Shown: piece by piece, positions 8,906 through 18,369 of the stretch
Layout of the letters: each line of letters opens with the position of its first letter
Numbering within the stretch: the stretch's first letter is position 1
The notes under the pieces: generated by a model
The model's input: the letters and a program-made list of their open reading frames with translations, nothing else
Database searches by the model: none
Told to the model about the DNA's origin: nothing
Virus record (IMG/VR): IMGVR_UViG_3300049215_000771
Coordinates: 468,730-532,729 of that record
Reading direction: 5' to 3' (one strand)
Length of the DNA: 64,000 bases
Translations under genes and position numbers: made by a program

Positions 8906-9507
8906 TTCGGGGCCACCTTCCTGAACTCGGTAGCCAACTCATTGTAGATGGGTTGGTACTTGGTTTTGAAGTAAGCCCAATCATAATGCGGGTCGTTCAG
9001 GATGTCAAACCAGAATTGGTTCGCCGCCCCGAAATCCAAAATCTGCCCATGATCGGCGATTTGCTTGCCGAAGTTGAGTATTCTCAACGAGTGGAATAGG
9101 CTTTTCCAACCGATGTAGAAGTCTTTCTCAACCTCGATCTTCTTCTTCGCCTTCACGAAACTGTGAGACGCCTTCGCCGACAACTCGTTGCGAAGGCTGC
9201 CCAGGTTCAGCTTGAACTTGAATCGCTTCTTCACCTGACCGTCAGGATGGAAATATCCCTCCAGGGTGTGAATCTTGTGCAGGTCCAGTTGTTGCTGCCA
9301 GTCCCGCTTGTTGTAAATGTGAATGTTCACATTGTCGTGGCGGAACTCAGTCCCGGTATCGGCACGACGATTCTCAGGCACGATAGCCATGTAGTCGTAG
9401 TCCGACTTGTCGCTATGCGTACCATAAACCCGGCTGCCGTAGGGGACAAGAACCACATCCCTGTCCGACAGCCCGTAGGTCGCCTTGAAATAGTCAATGC
9501 CGTTCAT
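8902..9507 (-). CDS. Nucleotidyltransferase (Pol beta superfamily)
   Basis: YGSRVYGTHSDKSDYDY. Confidence 0.85.
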   Translation of the reverse strand: MNGIDYFKATYGLSDRDVVLVPYGSRVYGTHSDKSDYDYMAIVPENRRADTGTEFRHDNVNIHIYNKRDWQQQLDLHKIHTLEGYFHPDGQVKKRFKFKLNLGSLRNELSAKASHSFVKAKKKIEVEKDFYIGWKSLFHSLRILNFGKQIADHGQILDFGAANQFWFDILNDPHYDWAYFKTKYQPIYNELATEFRKVAPK

Positions 9508-9511
9508 GACA

Positions 9512-9868
9512 TCACTGAGGGCAGGCCGGACTAATATGGTCGAACCACAACGGGGCCGGCTCACAATTCCCGATATTGACGAGACGCTGAACTGCACCGT
9601 CATCTTTGTGGATCGAAAAACTCACACCGCAAACCAGCGACATGGCTGTATACTCAATGCCAGTCGTATCCAGGTAAGCCTTCACACCTTTCTGTTGCTC
9701 GTCGGCGTGATCCTTGCGCCATTGTCTTTTGTCGTAAACGCCTGCGGGCACGTCATCCGGGTCGTCGAAATGAAGGTACACGTCAAGCCGATCACCATCA
9801 TCCTCGACATGCCTCCGCAGATGCGGCGTACACCGCTTTTCCTGGGCTGCCCATTCAGCAAGTGTCAT
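9512..9868 (-). CDS. Hypothetical protein
   Basis: Coupled ORF. Confidence 0.55.
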   Translation of the reverse strand: MTLAEWAAQEKRCTPHLRRHVEDDGDRLDVYLHFDDPDDVPAGVYDKRQWRKDHADEQQKGVKAYLDTTGIEYTAMSLVCGVSFSIHKDDGAVQRLVNIGNCEPAPLWFDHISPACPQ

Positions 9869-10194
9869 GTTGGCCTCAGTTTCATCCTCGCCCGTAATGC
9901 CAGCCTGCTTTTCAGCAACGGGCTGTCCTGGCGAGTCTTCCTTTCGTCGTTATCGTCGATGCTCCTGTGTTGCTTCTCTCCGACAACCACCAAGTCATCG
10001 GGATTGTAACCATAACGAAGGTTACTCGGCTGCCACCGCACATCCACTTCCGGCCCCTGGAAGGTTCCGTAGTCCAGAAGCCCATCCACAACGCCGATGC
10101 AATCACCAAACTCTTCAATATGTTCAGCGCAACCATTGCCGATCATGGCCTGCTTGAGTTCTTCCGACATTCTTACTAGGGTGCCAGGTTTCAT
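9865..10194 (-). CDS. Small beta-barrel-like protein with HRSIDD motif
   Basis: MKPGTLVRM...VDVRW; KQHRSIDD. Confidence 0.65.
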   Translation of the reverse strand: MKPGTLVRMSEELKQAMIGNGCAEHIEEFGDCIGVVDGLLDYGTFQGPEVDVRWQPSNLRYGYNPDDLVVVGEKQHRSIDDNDERKTRQDSPLLKSRLALRARMKLRPT

Positions 10195-10499
10195 AGCTTC
10201 TCAATCTGCTTACAAAGGTCACGAAGGAACCTGTTCCTCCTGGCTTCGATTGCCTCCCGAAGCATCGACACGAGTGCGCCGCCGTGATCCTGAACCGTCA
10301 CCCGCCCCATCTCCCAGCCTCCCCTGGAGAGAATATGGAAGCTGTCGTCTACACTAAAAGACGCCTCAGCCCGCTCAAGGTTCAGATTAAAAACTTCCGG
10401 CTCGCCCCCGCTGGTGTGCCAGATGAAGCGGTCTTCGTTGGTTGCGTGGACCAACTCTTCGAGGATGACGGAAACTTTCTCGGTGTCAAGTAACGGCAT
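10191..10499 (-). CDS. Hypothetical protein
   Basis: Coupled ORF. Confidence 0.55.
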   Translation of the reverse strand: MPLLDTEKVSVILEELVHATNEDRFIWHTSGGEPEVFNLNLERAEASFSVDDSFHILSRGGWEMGRVTVQDHGGALVSMLREAIEARRNRFLRDLCKQIEKL

Positions 10500-10767
10500 C
10501 TTGCGTCTTCTCGTGCTTCAAGCAATGGTAGTGTTCCAGACCACGGGTCGGGAAAACGTAGTACCCACAGTGTTCCGTGAAGACAGCAATTTCTTCTCGC
10601 TGCTCGTCACGCACCAGGAAAGCGTAGTTGAAGAACATATTCGAGCCGTCCTCAAACTGGATCGACACGAACGAATTGAACTGGCTCAGGTCGAACCAGT
10701 TGTTCTTCTTGATGTAGTCCTGCCAGTGTTTGGGCAAGTTGTTGAAAAACTTGTCAATGACGTTCAT
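10486..10767 (-). CDS. Hypothetical protein
   Basis: Coupled ORF. Confidence 0.6.
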   Translation of the reverse strand: MNVIDKFFNNLPKHWQDYIKKNNWFDLSQFNSFVSIQFEDGSNMFFNYAFLVRDEQREEIAVFTEHCGYYVFPTRGLEHYHCLKHEKTQDAVT

Positions 10768-11042
10768 TTCTTCTTCCTGTATCGACCGTCGATCTCTTCT
10801 TCCCGGAACTCATCCACCACGTTTTTCTCGACGTGATGGAGTTTGTACCAGTGTTCCTTATGGATTCCAGTTGTGTAGCGACCGACGACCACGGCAATTG
10901 CGCCATTCCAGTAGTAGGGCGTCTGGCCGTCCTTGGATCGTCCCTTCAGGACACGAACTTTCTGACCTGGCTCGTACAAATAGGGTTTAGGGTCCGGGCG
11001 GTTGTATGCTTTCACCAACAGGTCCATGAAGGTGTCGCTCAT
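10764..11042 (-). CDS. SH3/KOW-like small protein
   Basis: YEPGQKVRV...AVVVG. Confidence 0.55.
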   Translation of the reverse strand: MSDTFMDLLVKAYNRPDPKPYLYEPGQKVRVLKGRSKDGQTPYYWNGAIAVVVGRYTTGIHKEHWYKLHHVEKNVVDEFREEEIDGRYRKKK

Positions 11043-11231
11043 ACCTCAGTCAACTCCAATCCAAGGTCTTCACACAACTCGCTGGCAGCCTCCATCGAGC
11101 GGTTGTAGACCGTTTTACCTTGCCGATCATTGATGAACAATTCACCGCCGTTGTAGTAGCCAGCAAGTCCATGATCGGATTTCTTACAGGCTTCACGCAA
11201 TTGTTTCAGCGCCAACATTATCTTCTCCTTG

Positions 11232-11312
11232 TGACCGGGGAGGGAGTCGAACCCTCACGCCTTTCGGCACAGCGTTCTAAGCGCTGCGTGGCTGCCATTA
11301 CACCACCCGGCC
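11232..11312 (-). tRNA. tRNA-Leu(UAG)
   Basis: CAGCG-CTTAGAA-CGCTG, long arm. Confidence 0.94.
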
Positions 11313-11744
11313 ATATTGACTATGACAATTAGGACATCTGAATTCCAAATTTCCCAACCTGTTGTCAAGCCAGTTCCCATTTTTGTGATTGACTTCCAAC
11401 ACAATCGGAAGTCCGTTCCAAGTGTCTCTGACAGGACAACAGGCACACTTGTACTCCACGCCACTTTCAATCATCGCCCGCCGTAATCGGGCGGCTGCTT
11501 CCCTTGATCCACTCTCACGCAACACCAGGATGTCTTCTGCATCCTTCCGGTTCAATCCGGGCTGCAAGAAATCGGTCGGCTTTTTGAAATGCGAAACATC
11601 AATCTTATACTCAGCCAATCGCCGTTTGATATGACTGAAGTTTCCACCAGCCTCCCTAAGCCCTAGTTTTCTGATTACATCGGCGACCGATTCACTATCA
11701 GAAACAATCGCCTGGAGCATGTCACGAGTATATTTGATTCTCAT
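11298..11744 (-). CDS. HNH endonuclease
   Basis: CACC...LEVNHKNGNWLDNRLGNLEFRCPNCHSQ; stop lies inside the tRNA. Confidence 0.9.
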   Translation of the reverse strand: MRIKYTRDMLQAIVSDSESVADVIRKLGLREAGGNFSHIKRRLAEYKIDVSHFKKPTDFLQPGLNRKDAEDILVLRESGSREAAARLRRAMIESGVEYKCACCPVRDTWNGLPIVLEVNHKNGNWLDNRLGNLEFRCPNCHSQYGRVV

Positions 11745-11774
11745 GACATATTGTAGTAGCCTGGCTGTAGAAAA

Positions 11775-11971
11775 CTACGGCGTGTCTTCCTTTTTTTCTC
11801 GTTCCTTCTGGATCGACTCCATAATGGAGTTGGTGAAAGCATACCCGCATCTGGTACATTTCCACATGCGCTCGCTTTCTGGAGCCTTGTACGGATCGGC
11901 GTACCGATCTTCCATGTATTCCAGGTCCAGTTCACAATCACCGCCGCAGATGCAACAAGTCGTGTCATGTA
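11775..11971 (-). CDS. Zn-ribbon protein
   Basis: CCICGG...CTRCG; start approximate. Confidence 0.5.
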
Positions 11972-12213
11972 GCATCGTCGATGCTCCTGTGTTTCTTGTT
12001 GACCACCACTTCGATGGGATCAACACAAACAACACTCCCATCTGCCAGTTCCACAATTATACAAAGACCGTGGGAGTCGTGGTACTCTCGAACGTACCCG
12101 ACTCCCTCCACCGGCTCTCCGTGATGTTCTGTGTCGTATTCGTTGCCGTTGGTGCCTCGGAAGTATACCGTTTTACCAACGGCATCACGACACTTCTCCC
12201 ACAAATTTCTCAT
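11965..12213 (-). CDS. Small protein with C-terminal HRSIDD
   Basis: KKHRSIDDAT*. Confidence 0.65.
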   Translation of the reverse strand: MRNLWEKCRDAVGKTVYFRGTNGNEYDTEHHGEPVEGVGYVREYHDSHGLCIIVELADGSVVCVDPIEVVVNKKHRSIDDAT

Positions 12214-13412
12214 TTCTTCAACACCACCGAAGAACCATCGCTCCGATCCCGAATCTCACAACCCAGGTCGATGATCCTTCTTTTCAGGGCATCGGCCCCA
12301 GCCCAATTTCGCTGCCGCCTGCATTCCTCTCGGAGTTTGGCAAGCTGGATGGCGTCGTCGGGAGCATCCTCATCCGAGAACATCTGGAAACCGAGTAATT
12401 CGGCTTGCTCCAGGCTGGGATTCACGAAAGTCGCTGCGATGGCTTCCGAAGTATTCAGGTTGGCGTCCATCGCCTTGGCGAAATCTTCCGAAACTCCATG
12501 TTCTGGTGCCGACTTCAGCCGATTCCTCAAAGCCTTCCACTGTTGCGCCGAAGTCCCATCCAACAACCCTTCAACGGATAAAGGTTTGGCATAACTGGCC
12601 GAGAGAATCCAGAAGCGAATCACGTTGGGGTCCGTGCCATTCGCCCGATAGTCCCGGATGTTGACGGCGTTCCCCTCGGATTTTCCCATCCTCCTGTCGC
12701 CGATCTGAACCATCCCATTGTGGAGCCAGATGTCCGCCAAGGGCGATCCGGCATGAAGGCATTCGGACTGAGCGATCTCATTCTCGTGATGCGGAAACTT
12801 CAAATCGTCGCCGCCCACATGAATATCCACCGTGAACCCAATGGTCCTTTCAATCATGATGGAGCATTCAAGATGCCAACCAGGTCGCCCCTTGGGGAAT
12901 TCAGACTCATTGGCCTTCGGCCCCTTCCACAAAACGAAATCTTCCGCCGTTTTCCGACGTGAAAGTTTCCCATATCCAGGGAACGTCTTCGTTTTGAAGC
13001 GAATGTCGCCATCTTTGTGGTAAGCATGGCCACTTTCGACAAGCGCCGTAGCTGCAACCTTCATCGGGATCATGTAGTCCGTCACACGGGGGTACAAGTC
13101 CGCCTTCTGGACGTTCAGCCAGCCCATGTCATTGAAATAGTCGTCGATGAAGCGGTCAGCCAGTTCTTTGCTGGTCACGCCCTCCTTTGCCGCCCGATCC
13201 ACGATTTTGTCGTCCACGTCCGTAAAATTCTGAACGTGGTAGACCTTCTGCCGGCGTTTGAGCCAGCGTTTCAGCACGTCCCACACAACATAGCTCCTGG
13301 CGTGTCCCAGGTGGCAGTAGTCGTAGACCGTTACACCACAAGCGTACATAGTGATCGGGCGGTCACTAGGGACTTCTTTTTCACGCCGGGTTAGGGAGTC
13401 GTGCAGTTTCAT
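12210..13412 (-). CDS. cysS: Cysteine--tRNA ligase (compact)
   Basis: MYACGVTVYDYCHLGHAR, NFTDVDDKI, GRPGWHLECS, FPHHENEIAQ, RMGKS. Confidence 0.96.
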   Translation of the reverse strand: MKLHDSLTRREKEVPSDRPITMYACGVTVYDYCHLGHARSYVVWDVLKRWLKRRQKVYHVQNFTDVDDKIVDRAAKEGVTSKELADRFIDDYFNDMGWLNVQKADLYPRVTDYMIPMKVAATALVESGHAYHKDGDIRFKTKTFPGYGKLSRRKTAEDFVLWKGPKANESEFPKGRPGWHLECSIMIERTIGFTVDIHVGGDDLKFPHHENEIAQSECLHAGSPLADIWLHNGMVQIGDRRMGKSEGNAVNIRDYRANGTDPNVIRFWILSASYAKPLSVEGLLDGTSAQQWKALRNRLKSAPEHGVSEDFAKAMDANLNTSEAIAATFVNPSLEQAELLGFQMFSDEDAPDDAIQLAKLREECRRQRNWAGADALKRRIIDLGCEIRDRSDGSSVVLKK

Positions 13413-13448
13413 GCGCCCATAGTACCCCGATTTAGAAGAAGTGTAAAG

Positions 13449-13527
13449 TAGCCTCGGTGGGAGTCGAACCCACATCCTTTCGGCACCGGGTTTAAGCCGG
13501 CTGCGTATACCGTTCCGCCACGAGGCC
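13449..13527 (-). tRNA. tRNA-Leu(UAA)
   Basis: GCCGG-CTTAAAC-CCGGT. Confidence 0.93.
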
Positions 13528-13531
13528 ATTC

Positions 13532-13573
13532 AACCAAATCGGTTGAAAGTTGGTGTTTTCAACCGATTTGGTT
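13532..13573. repeat. Perfect inverted repeat between PheRS and tRNA
   Basis: AACCAAATCGGTTGAAA...TTTCAACCGATTTGGTT. Confidence 0.8.
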
Positions 13574-14640
13574 TATCTAATCTCGACCTTCAATTCCTTC
13601 ATCCGGTCACGAAGCTGTTGCTGACGGGCGTTGATTTCCTCGTTCGTCAGCACCCGATCCATCGACCTGTAGGTGATGCGGTAGCAATGAGATTCCCGCT
13701 CACCTTTTTTGAAAGAATCCAGCAGCTTGACACTTTCAACCAGATCGCCGTGTAGATCACGAACAATCTGGTAGAAATCGTTCTCGCTGTAGCCAGCCGG
13801 AATCCAGAACGCCATGTCTTTGACACACGGCGGCTGGACCGAGAATGGCTTGAATTTAGAGTCCAGGTCTTTGAACTGGTTGAGGAAGCGTTCGTCCTCA
13901 CTCCAGAACAATCGGATGTCCGGGATGTCGAAAACAAGCATTGCCAGCCGCTCCAGGCCAACACCGAACGCCCAGCCCTGGGTGTAGTCACTGTAGTTGT
14001 CACCAAGAGGCCCAAGGGCTTCACAGCGCTTGATAACATCGGGATGGACGATGCCACAACCCGCTACTTCCAGCCACTCGCCATTCCATTCGATCTCCAA
14101 CTCCCAAGAAGGGTTCGTGAACGGGAAGTAGGAGTCCACGAATCTGTAGTTCAACTGCCGGTTATGTGGGCTGTACGGGATGTTGAGAACTCGTTCTATC
14201 ATGTCGAACATATGTTCCTTCAACATCCTCTCAAGGTCCAATGTCTGATATTTCGCCTTGTGAAAAAGGCCCACGCCTTCAACCTGGTGGAACACCGGGT
14301 AATGCGTGCGATCAATGGTGTCTCGCCGGTACACGTCGCCACAGACCAGGAACTTCATGTGTCCCTTGTTGATGAGCATGTGCTGATGGGCGCTGGTATG
14401 CGTCCTCAGAACGTGCTTCTCGTCAACGTAGTAGGTGTCAGAAGGCCGGCGAGAGGGATGGTCGGGTGGAATCAGCAGATGGTCGAAGTTATCTTCCACT
14501 GTCACCACCGGCCCGAACGTCTCGTAGATTTCGTGGCCGGGGAAGGCCATATAGATAGCCTTCTTGACAATTTCGAGCGGGTGTCGTTCCTTCAGATGGA
14601 GGTTACGCCCCATTTTTTCTTTGATGCTCGGCGGGATCAT
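13573..14640 (-). CDS. Monomeric (mitochondrial-type) phenylalanine--tRNA ligase
   Basis: LRTHTSAHQ, YRRDTIDRTHYPVFHQ, YFPFTNPS, GWAFGVGLERLAM, C-terminal FDX-ACB domain (YRSMDRVLTNEEIN). Confidence 0.95.
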   Translation of the reverse strand: MIPPSIKEKMGRNLHLKERHPLEIVKKAIYMAFPGHEIYETFGPVVTVEDNFDHLLIPPDHPSRRPSDTYYVDEKHVLRTHTSAHQHMLINKGHMKFLVCGDVYRRDTIDRTHYPVFHQVEGVGLFHKAKYQTLDLERMLKEHMFDMIERVLNIPYSPHNRQLNYRFVDSYFPFTNPSWELEIEWNGEWLEVAGCGIVHPDVIKRCEALGPLGDNYSDYTQGWAFGVGLERLAMLVFDIPDIRLFWSEDERFLNQFKDLDSKFKPFSVQPPCVKDMAFWIPAGYSENDFYQIVRDLHGDLVESVKLLDSFKKGERESHCYRITYRSMDRVLTNEEINARQQQLRDRMKELKVEIR

Positions 14641-14807
14641 GGCTTACCGTCCTGATCGACCCAAATCATGCGGAAGTTTTTGCCGCTCCACTCCATGTGG
14701 TAGCCTTGGCTTTTCATGTAGGCGTAGTGCATGGCGGCAATGCCAAAAACCACGGCGAACAACAAAACATACCAACGAATTTCTTTCCACATATTTCACC
14801 CTTTCAG

Positions 14808-14898
14808 CGGAAGAGAAGGGAATTGAACCCTTGCCGGACAATTAAGCCGGGCCAGTTTTCGAGACTGGTGCAGCAATCACAACATCTGCCTCTCTTCC
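14808..14898 (-). tRNA. tRNA-Ser(CGA)
   Basis: CCAGT-CTCGAAA-ACTGG, G73. Confidence 0.92.
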
Positions 14899-15479
14899 TT
14901 GGAGCCGCACTACGACCATCGTGGCCCCCACGCCTATCGTAGTTTTCGCAACCGGGCCTGAGAACGGCTTTTGACGGCCAACACAGGACTTAACTGGTGC
15001 TGGATGCGGCATAAATAGGGACCGTGCTGCGACCATCATAGTCCTCGACGAATGTATCGCAACTTTTCCAGCCGGACTTACCGAACGTGTTTTCGTTCTT
15101 GCCCCCGGCGCTCCAGGCGAAGGTCTTTTTCAACCATAGGAGTCGGTAAGGCAGCTTGAACTATTCACTCGGATACTGTTTGGATACGGCCCTCGTCGAA
15201 CAGTCCTCCCAGGCTTGTAGGATTTCTCGTTCGGGCAAGGTTGTGCGCACAACCTTGTCGGGTCCAAAGCGACTCAGCCAGTGTGCTATTACGCCAAAAG
15301 GATTGCACACCAGGTAGCCTAACCTGGGTGCGTTTACTCCCACTCTTTGAATGGTGGCTGCCTCTAAGCCAACATCCTGGCTATCTCCGTTTAGCTTTGG
15401 CGGCGAGTTTATACAGCCCGCCGTGATATATCCCGATTCCTTCATCCTGGTGGATGCCCAACCATTTCGATGAAGGAAG
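14899..15479 (-). ncRNA. Large ncRNA candidate containing a 23S rRNA GTPase-centre (H42-H44) like domain
   Basis: No credible ORF between two tRNAs; 15386-15270 reads AGATAGCCAGGATGTTGGCTTAGAGGCAGCCACCATTCAAAGAGTG-(insert)-GCGTAATAGCACACTGGCTGAGTCG. Confidence 0.8.
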
Positions 15480-15562
15480 TGTCCAAGGTGGGAGTCGAAC
15501 CCACAAGTCCTTGCGGACGCCAGCCCCTCAAGCTGGTGCGTTTACCGTTTCGCCACTTGGAC
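15480..15562 (-). tRNA. tRNA-Leu(GAG), long arm
   Basis: CCAGC-TTGAGGG-GCTGG. Confidence 0.95.
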
Positions 15563-15761
15563 AAAAATCGTCGTCTATGCTTCTCCAATCTTTCGGTTTT
15601 GCTGGTGGAAGTTTGCGAGCAAACCTCCCGTAATGCCTTTCGTCTACCACAAGACCGCCCCAGCCTTTACCAAACCATCGCTTCCCGGTCCATTCTTTGT
15701 CTTCCGGTCGGACGGTTTCACCAACTTCAAGAAACCGATACCCTGGAGGCGGTTTTCTCAT
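15528..15761 (-). CDS. Small protein with WRSIDD motif
   Basis: PPPGYRFLEVGE...KDWRSIDDD; runs into the tRNA. Confidence 0.55.
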   Translation of the reverse strand: MRKPPPGYRFLEVGETVRPEDKEWTGKRWFGKGWGGLVVDERHYGRFARKLPPAKPKDWRSIDDDFCPSGETVNAPA

Positions 15762-16014
15762 CTTGCACCTGAACAAAACACGTCCCTGGAGGCAAGTAGA
15801 AACTTTTCACCCTCCATGTCATTTCCGGCAGGACGTATTCGATCTCAATGATCCTACCTTCTTTCACCAACTCATCCAGTAAGTCGGGCACGTCGATGTC
15901 GTTCATCGACAGCTTCGTGACCACTTCCTCGTCCGCAGCAAGCTGCGTTGCTTTGCACCCCTGAAGGGAGATGATCTTGTCCACAAGAAACTGCTTGGCC
16001 TCGTCCCTATTCAT
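15727..16014 (-). CDS. Winged-helix-like hypothetical protein
   Basis: LLDELVKEGRI. Confidence 0.55.
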   Translation of the reverse strand: MNRDEAKQFLVDKIISLQGCKATQLAADEEVVTKLSMNDIDVPDLLDELVKEGRIIEIEYVLPEMTWRVKSFYLPPGTCFVQVQDEKTASRVSVS

Positions 16015-16360
16015 CGTCGATACTCCGGTACTTGCGTTGCTTTGGTGTTGGTTCGGGCTTCTTCCGAATCAATTCTATATCAACTTCCCAACAAGTACCA
16101 GGACTACCATCACGAATTGACTTGACGTTATATGCCGCCATCGGCTCCCCGCCACGACCATCCAGACCGCATCCATATCCATTGCACGGAACATACCTGT
16201 CCGTGATCTCACATTCGCTGTAGTCACGGCCCGACGCCAGTTCGGGACTGGCCCATTTTCCTGATGATGGCAAAATCCGAATGATGTCGCCTACCTCGAA
16301 CTTGTAGAGGTAAAACGGCGGGTTATTGTGCGGGGGATACGGGTTGGGTGGCACTGGCAT
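16007..16360 (-). CDS. SH3-like protein with C-terminal YRSIDD
   Basis: KFEVGDIIRI...RKYRSIDDE*. Confidence 0.65.
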   Translation of the reverse strand: MPVPPNPYPPHNNPPFYLYKFEVGDIIRILPSSGKWASPELASGRDYSECEITDRYVPCNGYGCGLDGRGGEPMAAYNVKSIRDGSPGTCWEVDIELIRKKPEPTPKQRKYRSIDDE

Positions 16361-16515
16361 TGTCTTGTCTCCTTGCACAGACAGGACAAAGCATAACATA
16401 ATGCTTGGACTTTGGCAACCTCACCATTTTCCAGCCATCTTTTTCGCCCCAACCGCCACTTTTCTTACTGCCCCCAAGCGGTTGCTTCCGTGTGCAGGTG
16501 TGACACTTGAGCGTG

Positions 16516-16752
16516 CTATGTTTCTTGAAGCCCATCTAACCACTCCCTGAACGAGAGTTTCTGAAACGTGTTGATCGGGCGGCTGGGGTCTTGAAGTAAC
16601 TTCTGAACCTCACGCTGCCCCGTGCTGCCCGTCAAATCCTTCCAGGCTTTCTCCCTGGTTTGTCGGGCGTATTTCTTGAAGACACCAGACAGGCTCGACG
16701 CCATGTCCACGATAGCCTTCTTGATATTTGTGTCAGGCGTTTTCTTCGTCAT
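16516..16752 (-). CDS. Hypothetical protein
   Basis: C-terminal LSFREWL. Confidence 0.55.
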   Translation of the reverse strand: MTKKTPDTNIKKAIVDMASSLSGVFKKYARQTREKAWKDLTGSTGQREVQKLLQDPSRPINTFQKLSFREWLDGLQET

Positions 16753-17240
16753 CCTACCCCCGTTGGCGGATTGACCGGGGGCTTAACTTTCTTCGGCTTC
16801 GGCAAGCTGGGAGCGTCAGGTTTGTCCTGCCCACTACCACGAGCCTTTGTCTGGACGTAAAACACGAAAGAAGTTTTGTTCTCGAATGCCTGGGACGGCG
16901 AGTCGGTTTCCCGGTAAACCAGTTGTAGTTTTGTCTGAGGCGTCTCAAAATTGAGAAATTCCTTCAGACGAGCGAGTACCGAGCCAATGAACTCAGGTGA
17001 GCCGGTGATCCGAACGCCGTCCTGGGCATACGTCGTACCTTGGTGATCGTACCGAATCGGCGACATCTGGATCGGCGTATCTGGCCGAAGATTTCGCCAA
17101 TACTGTACAATCTGGTCCTTAGTCGCCTTCCATTTCTTCTGGACAGGCTTCTTCGAGGGCGTTCCCTGGACCGGCTGTGCTGTCGGTTTTGGTTGTGCCT
17201 CCCCAGGTTGTTCGTTCATCCACTCGCTGAAACTCTTCAT
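16749..17240 (-). CDS. Putative virion-internal protein
   Basis: N-terminal MKSFSEWMNE, preceded by CTACATAC. Confidence 0.6.
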   Translation of the reverse strand: MKSFSEWMNEQPGEAQPKPTAQPVQGTPSKKPVQKKWKATKDQIVQYWRNLRPDTPIQMSPIRYDHQGTTYAQDGVRITGSPEFIGSVLARLKEFLNFETPQTKLQLVYRETDSPSQAFENKTSFVFYVQTKARGSGQDKPDAPSLPKPKKVKPPVNPPTGVG

Positions 17241-17500
17241 ACCAAGTATGTAGAGCGTGCGAGTTGTTTTCACGGCGGATTCGGCGGCTCATGCACTTCT
17301 TGACGTAATGCCAACGACCGGCATTTTTCGCCATGCAATCCCGCCAACGATGCGGAGGCGAACCAACACAGTCATGTTCGTCGCCATTCCGGGCCTTGTA
17401 GCGATGTCCCATCATGTAAGACTCCTTGGTTAGAGACTTACATTGGACACCTTGCCTTTCCTCTCATGGGTTCCTCCCGCACACTGACTGTGCGTATTTG

Positions 17501-17749
17501 TCACAAGTCTTCGAGCATCGGGATGGGTGGGCCGAGAAACTTCAGCGGCATCCTCTCACCCTTCATCTCAAATTCGCACGGATCGTTGTAGTGTTTTCGC
17601 CTCTCATCAAGGCATTTTCCGTCTTTATACCATTGGCAGCCAGGGCAGGCAGCGAAAATTTGCCAGTCGGTTGCAATGATGGGCAGCTTCTTCAGTTGTT
17701 TGCAGTACATATAGCACCTTCTTTCAGGAAGGTATACTGCAAATAACAC
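17501..17749 (-). CDS. Cys-rich hypothetical protein
   Basis: ORF; start uncertain. Confidence 0.4.
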   Translation of the reverse strand: MLFAVYLPERRCYMYCKQLKKLPIIATDWQIFAACPGCQWYKDGKCLDERRKHYNDPCEFEMKGERMPLKFLGPPIPMLEDL

Positions 17750-17764
17750 GCCAAAGGACTGTAG

Positions 17765-18355
17765 TTAGTGGCTTACCTCCGACTTGTTCTTGGCATCTCG
17801 CTCGGCCTGGACCTTGGCAAAATCCCATTCGGCATCCATCAGGTCTTCGACCAGGCGCTCCGTTCCGGCCAGCATATCATCGCCTCGCTCCAGCAATTCC
17901 CACCACTTGGGAACCTTCTTCAGCTTCTTGTCGAACTCCTGGGCCAGCCAATGAGAGTTTGCTTCCTCGCCAGGCGGGTTGAAACCCATCAATTCGACGC
18001 CATGAATCGTCCAAAGTGTCACGACCCGACCGGGAACCGGCCCACGTTCATATTCGTCCTGATGCGGCGGATCGTAGGGTTCCTTCTTCGTGAGCCAGTT
18101 TATGTACTCAGCGGTGTTATGCCTGTCGTCGGCGAAATCGCCACGGTTCTTGACTTCGCCGGTCGGATAGCCGTCGTGGTCGATGCCATAGAACTCGACG
18201 AGGAACCACCGCTTGTCATCTCGATACTTCGCCGGTTGACGATGCTCCCAATAACAGATAACCCCATAGGGTCGCTCATGTTTGGCTGGTTCTGCTTGGG
18301 CTTGAACCTCAGTCTGAGGCTCACCCTGATAGTGATGTTTCTCTCGCTTCGGCAT
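17765..18355 (-). CDS. Hypothetical protein
   Basis: 196-aa ORF with GAGG SD. Confidence 0.7.
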   Translation of the reverse strand: MPKREKHHYQGEPQTEVQAQAEPAKHERPYGVICYWEHRQPAKYRDDKRWFLVEFYGIDHDGYPTGEVKNRGDFADDRHNTAEYINWLTKKEPYDPPHQDEYERGPVPGRVVTLWTIHGVELMGFNPPGEEANSHWLAQEFDKKLKKVPKWWELLERGDDMLAGTERLVEDLMDAEWDFAKVQAERDAKNKSEVSH

Positions 18356-18369
18356 GACAACCTCTCAAG

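Noticed and set aside
14899-15479. A real 23S rRNA gene
   Set aside because: Similarity is confined to ~70 nt; no sarcin-ricin loop or peptidyl-transferase sequence recognised (AAAAGACC alone is too short).
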